In this document: one piece after another, positions 58,054-64,000 of the stretch
How the letters are laid out: every line of letters starts with the position of its first letter
Numbering within the stretch: the stretch's first letter is position 1
From: an uncultured Gemmatimonadales bacterium
GTDB taxonomy: Bacteria; Gemmatimonadota; Gemmatimonadetes; Gemmatimonadales; Gemmatimonadaceae
Direction: 5' to 3'
NCBI GenBank assembly: GCA_963850905.1
Contig: CAWKMU010000004.1
Span: 608,001-672,000 of the forward strand
Length of the DNA: 64,000 nt
Notes under the pieces: model-generated
Databases searched by the model: none
Told to the model about the DNA's origin: nothing
The model's input: only the letters and a program-made list of their open reading frames with translations
Position numbers and translations under genes: made by a program

Positions 58054-59316
58054 TCAGTCTCGCAATGCCCGCGCGCGGTCGAGGAGAAGGGTGCGTTCGC
58101 GCGCGTTCCGCGTCAGTGACGCTGCGCGCAGAAACTCCTGCTGGGCCTCTTCGCGGCGCCCCAACTTGGCGAGTAGGTCGCCGCGGACGCTGGGCAGCAG
58201 ATGATAGTTGGCGAGTGAGGGCTCGGTGCTGAGGGCGTCGACCAGCTCCAGTCCCGTGGCCGGTCCAAACGCCATCCCAGCCGCGACCGCACGGTTGAGC
58301 TCCACTACCGGATTGGGCGTCACCTGTGCCAGCACATCGTAGAGTGCGACGATCCGGGGCCAGTCCGTTTCGCCGGGTGTCCCTGCCCTGGCGTGGCAGG
58401 CAGCGATCTCCGCCTGCAGCACGTACGGTCCACGTGGACGGTCGAGAGCCGATGCGCGCGCGAGCGCCGCCAACCCGCGGCGGATGAGCATCTGATCCCA
58501 TCGACCGCGATCCTGGTCGAGCAGGAGAATCGGCTCCCCTTTCGGTCCGACTCGGGCCGCCGCGCGCGACGCCTGGATCTCCATCAACGCGACCAGTCCG
58601 TGCACCTCTGGCTCGCGCGGCAGAAGCTCCGCCAGCACGCGCCCTACCCGCAGCGCATCCTCGCACAGCGCTGGACGCATCCAGTCATCGCCCATGGTGG
58701 CCGAGTAGCCCTCGTTGAAGATGAGGTAGATCACCTCCAGCACGGATGAGAGCCGCATCGCCATCTCGTCGCCCCGCGGTACCTCGAACGACACGCGCGC
58801 CTCGCGCAGCGCACGTTTGGCCCGCACGATCCGTTGGGCGATCGTCGCCTCGGACGTGAGATACGCCCGCGCGATTTCCTCGGTCGTGAGTCCGCCCAGA
58901 AGACGGAGTGTGAGCGCTACGCGCGCCTCGCTCGATAACACGGGATGACAGGCGGTGAAGATGAGACGCAAAAGGTCATCCCCAATGTGATCGTCCAATC
59001 GTTCATCGAGGTCCGGCGACGCGCCTTCGAGCTGCGATTCGAGCGTCGCATCGAGCGCGTCGTGTGTCCGATCGATTCGGGATGTCCGCCGCAGGGAGTC
59101 GATCGCGCGGTGCTTCGCCGTGGCCATGAGCCAGGCCCCGGGACTGTCCGGGATGCCGACCTCCGGCCAGCGCTCGAGCGCGGCGACGAGAGCATCCTGC
59201 GCGAGATCCTCAGCGATCCCGACGTCGCGCACGATCCTGGCGAGCCCGGCAATCAGTCGCGCCGACTCGATCCGCCAGACCGCCTCGATCGTGCGCCGAA
59301 CGTCGGGTGTCGTCAC
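58054..59316 (-). CDS. ECF sigma factor, ECF42 type (C-terminal TPR-like extension)
   Basis: AEDLAQDA, DDLLRLIFTACHP, AQRIVRAK, YLIFNEGY and PVVELNRAVA. Its GTG start overlaps the yciI stop. Confidence 0.92.
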   Translation of the reverse strand: MTTPDVRRTIEAVWRIESARLIAGLARIVRDVGIAEDLAQDALVAALERWPEVGIPDSPGAWLMATAKHRAIDSLRRTSRIDRTHDALDATLESQLEGASPDLDERLDDHIGDDLLRLIFTACHPVLSSEARVALTLRLLGGLTTEEIARAYLTSEATIAQRIVRAKRALREARVSFEVPRGDEMAMRLSSVLEVIYLIFNEGYSATMGDDWMRPALCEDALRVGRVLAELLPREPEVHGLVALMEIQASRAAARVGPKGEPILLLDQDRGRWDQMLIRRGLAALARASALDRPRGPYVLQAEIAACHARAGTPGETDWPRIVALYDVLAQVTPNPVVELNRAVAAGMAFGPATGLELVDALSTEPSLANYHLLPSVRGDLLAKLGRREEAQQEFLRAASLTRNARERTLLLDRARALRD

Positions 59317-59744
59317 ACTCCCCGAGCGGCAGGTCTCTGAGCCTCCAGCCCTTCTACCTGCGCTACCAGCTCGGGCGTCATATCGGCTCCGAAGTCCTCG
59401 GGCCCGATTACCTGCCGGATCTCGATCTCGATGTCCTCCGCCCACACATTGGGAACGCGCTTGAACCACTCGATCGCCTCCTCCTTCGACTTGGCCTGAA
59501 TCAGCCAAAATCCGGCGACGAGCTCCTTCGTCTCGGTGAACGGCCCATCGATGACCGTCCGCTTCTTCCCCGAGATCCGAATACGCGCACCCTTCGAGCT
59601 CGGGTGCAGCCCCTGGGCGTCCAGCAGCACTCCGGCCTTCACCAGCTCTTCGTGGAAGTTGACCATTGTCGTTATCTGGTCGGTCGTCGGCGGCACGCCG
59701 GCCTCGCTGTCCTTCGTGGCTTTCTGAATTATCATGAATTGCAT
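59313..59744 (-). CDS. YciI/DGPF-family protein
   Basis: VIDGPFTETKELVAGFWLI. Confidence 0.93.
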   Translation of the reverse strand: MQFMIIQKATKDSEAGVPPTTDQITTMVNFHEELVKAGVLLDAQGLHPSSKGARIRISGKKRTVIDGPFTETKELVAGFWLIQAKSKEEAIEWFKRVPNVWAEDIEIEIRQVIGPEDFGADMTPELVAQVEGLEAQRPAARGV

Positions 59745-59803
59745 GGTCCGAATCCTCAGCTAGGGTCAGAGATCGGGGATCGGAAGCGCCCCCGTATAGT
59801 GGC

Positions 59804-59892
59804 GTCGAACGAGGGGGGCGGGAATCGACGGGCGAACAGCAACTGGGCTTGCGGCGGACAGCTGATGTCGCTAACCGTAGCCGTGATCGACA
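59804..59892 (-). promoter_or_regulatory. Two tandem ECF42-type promoters
   Basis: TGTCGA-N16-CGAC (59892-59867) and CGTCGA-N17-CGAC (59830-59804) upstream of yciI. Confidence 0.6.
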
Positions 59893-60183
59893 TTTACCCC
59901 GCACGTGACTCAACAATGCCGCAGGCCGACGCCTCTAGCTCTGAAACTGAAGCCCGCGCGGCCGCCCACCCACAACACGAAGAGATACGTCGCCCTTATC
60001 GAGCCTTCCGAGTTCGATTGGAGCCAAGCCAAGGTGAGTTGCGAGGGCCGCGACAGTCGCGCTGGCATCCGCGTCGTTATTCGATACCGTGGGCGCCCAT
60101 CGGTTGTGTCCCATCTCATCCCGCTTTCGCGATCGCGATGGTCGAACGACGAGTTTGTCACTAGCTCAACACTCGCGACGGCC

Positions 60184-61389
60184 TCACTCGGAGTAGTCCA
60201 CCGGGAACTCGTGCGTCGCGTCGTTGTAGAGGATACCGATCAACGGAATGCCAGGCTCGGCCGTCGCGTCTGAGCGACGAGCCATGACCTCGCCGGCCAC
60301 CCCGCTCGTGTATTCCGCCACCACTTCGCCAAACGTATTGCGCTGGATGGCAACCTTCTGCCCAACGTTGACCTTGTCCTTCAGCTTGACCAGAAGCTCC
60401 ACGAATCCGCCATGCGTTGCCAGGATGGTGTGCCCGCTGTTGGCGATGAAGATGTCCGTGTCCTTCCCGGTGCGGCCGATCTGACCGGAGATAATCCCGT
60501 GGTGCTTGAGCACATTCATCGTGCCTTCCACGAACAACGGGATCATGTTGAGGTCCAGGATGCGCGAAGCGCCAATCTCGGGCGTGAGTGCCGGGATGCC
60601 CACTTTGATGAATGCGTTCGCGAGCAGCGTGGGATAGGCGGCATTGTCGAAGATCTGGTCGATGGGAAAGAGCTCCGCCATCGCCCGCACCTCAGGCAAC
60701 TCCATCCGGGCGAGATTGAACGCGGTCACATCCATACCCGTCGTCCCGGTATGAAAATCCAGGGCGTAATCGGCGTTCGGTCGGAAGAGTTTGTTGAACA
60801 GGATCCCAGCGTGCCGGCTGGCAGCGCTGGCACCATTCTCATTTCCGGGCCATTCGCGGTTGATGTCGATGAGGTCGATTCCTCTTCCTGAATTCGGCCA
60901 TCTGCGCGCCATGCCTTCCAGCGCCGGACGGGATACGTCAGGGACCGCCAGTACCGTACCCGACATCTGGGCCGGATCGAGCTGGCTCATGACGGTTTGT
61001 ATCGTGTGCACCGGACTGATCTCATCGCCGTGCACACCACTGGTGAGAGCGATGCGCTTACCCGGCTTCGTCCCCACGGCGACGATCACCGATACATACC
61101 AGTGCTGCCCCGTGGGCATTTGCACACCCTCGAAGTAGAACGCGTGCTTCTTGCCACGTTCCAGATCATTCACGTCAAGCACGCTGATGACTTTCTTTCC
61201 CTGAATCACATCGCCGGTATAGACCGTTCGTTGTGGTGCAGCCGGTGCCGGGCCAACAGGCGGCGCTTTCGCGTCCTGGGTATTCGCGGTGCCGGCACTA
61301 TTCGCAAAAATGGCCGACGTGCCAACCAGGCCGATAGCTGCAATCATGAAGTCGCGGCGATCGAGGCCCTCCTTTTGTTCGTTCGGCAT
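60184..61389 (-). CDS. Tat-exported AstE/AspA-family (M14) deacylase
   Basis: Tat motif DRRDFM, SGVHGDE, DINREWPG and DFHTG. Confidence 0.9.
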   Translation of the reverse strand: MPNEQKEGLDRRDFMIAAIGLVGTSAIFANSAGTANTQDAKAPPVGPAPAAPQRTVYTGDVIQGKKVISVLDVNDLERGKKHAFYFEGVQMPTGQHWYVSVIVAVGTKPGKRIALTSGVHGDEISPVHTIQTVMSQLDPAQMSGTVLAVPDVSRPALEGMARRWPNSGRGIDLIDINREWPGNENGASAASRHAGILFNKLFRPNADYALDFHTGTTGMDVTAFNLARMELPEVRAMAELFPIDQIFDNAAYPTLLANAFIKVGIPALTPEIGASRILDLNMIPLFVEGTMNVLKHHGIISGQIGRTGKDTDIFIANSGHTILATHGGFVELLVKLKDKVNVGQKVAIQRNTFGEVVAEYTSGVAGEVMARRSDATAEPGIPLIGILYNDATHEFPVDYSE

Positions 61390-62092
61390 GGCGCAGGCTC
61401 CGTACGTTACGTACGAGTCAGGGATCTGGTCCCTGCCGTCGCGAAGTCAAAGAACGTCGCCTGGTGACGCAGCACGGCTCACGGCTATTCCTCCCGATCA
61501 CGTCACCCGGAAGCACTACTCGATCAAAGCAGCCGGGCCATTTAGGTGCCATTCGACCTAAGTCGCCACTAACCGGAACGCTGTGAATGGCCACGCAGAA
61601 GTGACGAGACGATGGCCGCGCCTTCTGGGCGCCAGCTCGCACGTGGTGCAGGGACTCTTGGGCCCCGCGGAAGAACCGCCTCTGACGCAGCTCTTGCTCT
61701 ACAGATTGCCCAATCACGGAAGGACCCGGCAGCCACCATCGAGGTAGGGAGCGTCGCCTTCTTCTCCACACGTGCCGTGAAGTCGTCGGGCACTGTATGG
61801 CGACAGGTCGCAGCATTCGAGAATGGCGCTCAGGTCGTGGGAAACAAGTTCCATGCAACGAGTGGAAGGTCTCTCCGTTCAGAACGGGCTTGCCCGTACC
61901 CATCGACACTGCATAGCCGACGGCTATCGACTCCAGCGAAACGAAATATTGGAACAGATGATGCGAGCACCGTACGATCGGTTTTCCCACGCGCGATGGC
62001 ACGCGCCCCGCGCGCGAGAACTACCATCGCGACCGCGATGAATGCCGTCGCGTAGGCCTTTCAGACACATCCTCCAGAGCAAGGAGCCGCAG

Positions 62093-63157
62093 ATGTCAAA
62101 TCCACCTAGTGGCAGCGGGGGTACCGTTAAGATTCCCGTCCCATCGCCAGCGCCCTCTCCGAAGCCAGGCTCAGGTGTGCCCGTAGCACCGCCCTCACCC
62201 TTCGAGAACATCGACATCGTGACCGCGCTCTCGTGGGTAGGAGCGGGATCAAACCCGGCAGCGTACGCGCCAAATCCCCAAATGCCAGTCGCGTATCCGG
62301 ATCCCACCAAGGGCAATGTCGCGGCCGTTGCGGGTTATGTCGGTCCGGTGCTTCAGTCCCTCTTACAGACCAGTACGCCTCCCATGACATGCGCCGTTTT
62401 GGGCCAAGGCAACCTGAGCTGCCCGGGAGTTGTTGGTATAAACGGCCGGCTAGAAGATGAGAACGGCCACCCGGTGAGCGATCCAGACGCGAGTGGCGAC
62501 GGGATCTTCGGGTTCGGGAGCATTAATGGTGTGCACGGAGTTGGCACCAGCGGTACGGGCGTGGGCGGAACTAGTACAAGCGGCTCCGGCGTTTTTGGCA
62601 AGACGACGACTGGCGTTGGAGTCCGTGGTCAGAGCCTCGGTTCTGGACTGGCCGGGCAATTCGACGGAAACGTGAAGATCAGTGGCGACCTCACCGCGAC
62701 GGACGTCGATGCGACCGGCAACATCACCGCGAAGGACGTGATTCTCTCAGGCGCGGATTGCGCAGAGGAGTTCGACCTGCTGCACCCGAGCGTCGAGTCG
62801 GGGACAGTCGTGGTGATCGATGAGGAGGGAAAGTTGCGGGAGAGTCGGACCGCGTATGACAAGCGAGTAGCGGGTGTCGTATCCGGCGCCGGCGACTACA
62901 GACCTGGCGTCCTGCTCGATCGTCGGGTGTCATCGGTGGGCCGCGCAGCCGTCGCGCTTGTTGGCAAGGTCTATTGCAAGGTGGACGCCGATCCTGCACC
63001 AATCACTGTGGGCGATCTGCTGACCACCTCAGAGCGTCCGGGGTTCGGTATGAAAGCGACGGACGCTGCGCAGGCCTTCGGCGCTGTCATCGGAAAGGCG
63101 CTCAAACCGCTTCCGGCGGGTCAAGCCGTGATCCCGATCTTGGTTGGACTGCACTAA
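62093..63157 (+). CDS. Gly-rich fibre/adhesin-like protein with a C-terminal GADxAE domain
   Basis: RBS AAGGAG and G-V-x-G repeats. The C-terminal domain reads GADCAEEF...VAGVVSG...VALVGKVYCKV...GDLLTTS..PG..MKA. Confidence 0.7.
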   Translation: MSNPPSGSGGTVKIPVPSPAPSPKPGSGVPVAPPSPFENIDIVTALSWVGAGSNPAAYAPNPQMPVAYPDPTKGNVAAVAGYVGPVLQSLLQTSTPPMTCAVLGQGNLSCPGVVGINGRLEDENGHPVSDPDASGDGIFGFGSINGVHGVGTSGTGVGGTSTSGSGVFGKTTTGVGVRGQSLGSGLAGQFDGNVKISGDLTATDVDATGNITAKDVILSGADCAEEFDLLHPSVESGTVVVIDEEGKLRESRTAYDKRVAGVVSGAGDYRPGVLLDRRVSSVGRAAVALVGKVYCKVDADPAPITVGDLLTTSERPGFGMKATDAAQAFGAVIGKALKPLPAGQAVIPILVGLH

Positions 63158-63249
63158 GGGTTGACCGACTCAACGGTTCCGCTAGCGATCCTGAACTCTA
63201 CGTCCACCCGCGATCAGCGCCGCCAGTCTTGCGTCTGGAGGGCCGGCCC

Positions 63250-64000
63250 ATGTGGAGCTTGAAACAGGGCTTGATGTACTTAGGGCCCCATCTCCCTTCG
63301 GGGTTTGACGCCCGTCACGGCGTAAAATCCTTGTTTCCCCACGGCTACAAAGGGAGCATCTCTCCTCTGAAGGGTTACGTCTTTTCGGCTTACGCCCGCC
63401 TCGGGACCTACTTCAATTTCGGTGGAACCGACACGGGCGACGGGTCGGCTGCAAATACGTACGTTATGGCCGACGGTACAGGGCGCTGGTTCTTCTCCTG
63501 GCTCTGGTGGCCGGTGGACTTCAGCGCGGTCTACATACGGCAGAGCGGTTTCGTCTTTCACTACTCGAATGATGGGCGCGCTCATGGCTTTGTAGACACG
63601 AGCCAACCGTCGCAGAACGTAAAAAGCTGTATCTCGGGGACCGACGCCTGGATTGCCAACAATTGGCCACAGGTTCTTCAGGCCGGCCGGCACATCATGT
63701 TGCAGGACGGCTCGGAACCGCCCGATGAATCTGCCGTCTGGACAGGGGCTGGTTTCGGCTCATCAGATTTCGTCCAATTGGATGGCTCGAGCACCACTTG
63801 CGCGCCGACCGTGAGCGGATCCGTGCTCTTTCCATTTCCTACCTACCCTACCAGGCTGCTGTCGCCGGTGGGCGTGCTCCTCGGCTATTGTCTTGGAACT
63901 GCTGCACAGTTGCTCGCCCGATGCCTCTCAACGATTCCCAAGACGTTCGTGTCCAAGAACGGTTTGACGTTCACGGCAACCATCCCACCGGGGCTGAATC
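63250..64000 (+). CDS. Hypothetical protein, 5' part; runs off the window edge
   Basis: Not in the ORF track because it has no stop. GGAGG precedes ATG 63250 and the frame stays open for 250 codons: MWSLKQGLMYLGPHLPSGFDARHGVKSLFPHG...GFVFHYSNDGRAHGF...DAWIANNWPQV... Confidence 0.65.
   Translation, partial: MWSLKQGLMYLGPHLPSGFDARHGVKSLFPHGYKGSISPLKGYVFSAYARLGTYFNFGGTDTGDGSAANTYVMADGTGRWFFSWLWWPVDFSAVYIRQSGFVFHYSNDGRAHGFVDTSQPSQNVKSCISGTDAWIANNWPQVLQAGRHIMLQDGSEPPDESAVWTGAGFGSSDFVQLDGSSTTCAPTVSGSVLFPFPTYPTRLLSPVGVLLGYCLGTAAQLLARCLSTIPKTFVSKNGLTFTATIPPGLN

Noticed and set aside
59317..59916. Apparent 620-aa sigma factor
   Set aside because: The extension is an alternative frame over yciI; the sigma factor starts at GTG 59316.
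61418..62055. Overlapping ORFs on both strands between the deacylase and the fibre-like gene
   Set aside because: No motif, RBS or codon bias to support any of them.
63280..63693. 137-aa minus-strand ORF
   Set aside because: It is antisense to the longer RBS-bearing plus-strand frame starting at 63250.

Overview
High-GC bacterial window; the GroEL and MreB sequences resemble Gemmatimonadota (recognised from memory, not searched). I found no rRNA, tRNA, CRISPR, transposase or integrase. It reads as an accessory stress and metabolism island littered with gene remnants. (1) 0.7-19.7 kb is a DosR/lxa-like low-oxygen block: three universal stress proteins, a PNPOx-like flavoprotein, a PAS/GAF kinase with a NarL-type regulator, phosphoketolase plus acetate kinase, a BON protein, a monoheme cytochrome c and a Cyc2-type cytochrome-porin. 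A recurrent 19-bp palindrome (TGTCAGG-N5-CCTGACA-like, often in tandem 22-23 bp apart) sits upstream of most of these units. (2) 20-34 kb holds SulP, VIT1, PmtA, DoxX, an orphan Hcp-like secreted protein, a CarH-type B12 photoreceptor divergent from hsp20, SPFH, a stand-alone mreB and CIRCE-controlled groESL. (3) 34-46 kb holds a second two-component pair, a class I aldolase and a Ku-less PolDom/LigC/LigD-ligase repair cluster. (4) 46.7-52 kb is an oxlT-panE-acyl-CoA ligase oxalate-assimilation module without oxc/frc. (5) 52-64 kb holds MFS and deacylase genes, ArsR-SRPBCC, ECF42-YciI and two unknown genes. Three genes (USP, ackA, carH) each carry a single +1 base, possibly sequencing error. 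A 7-bp tandem repeat family and several orphan gene tails fill the intergenic spaces.
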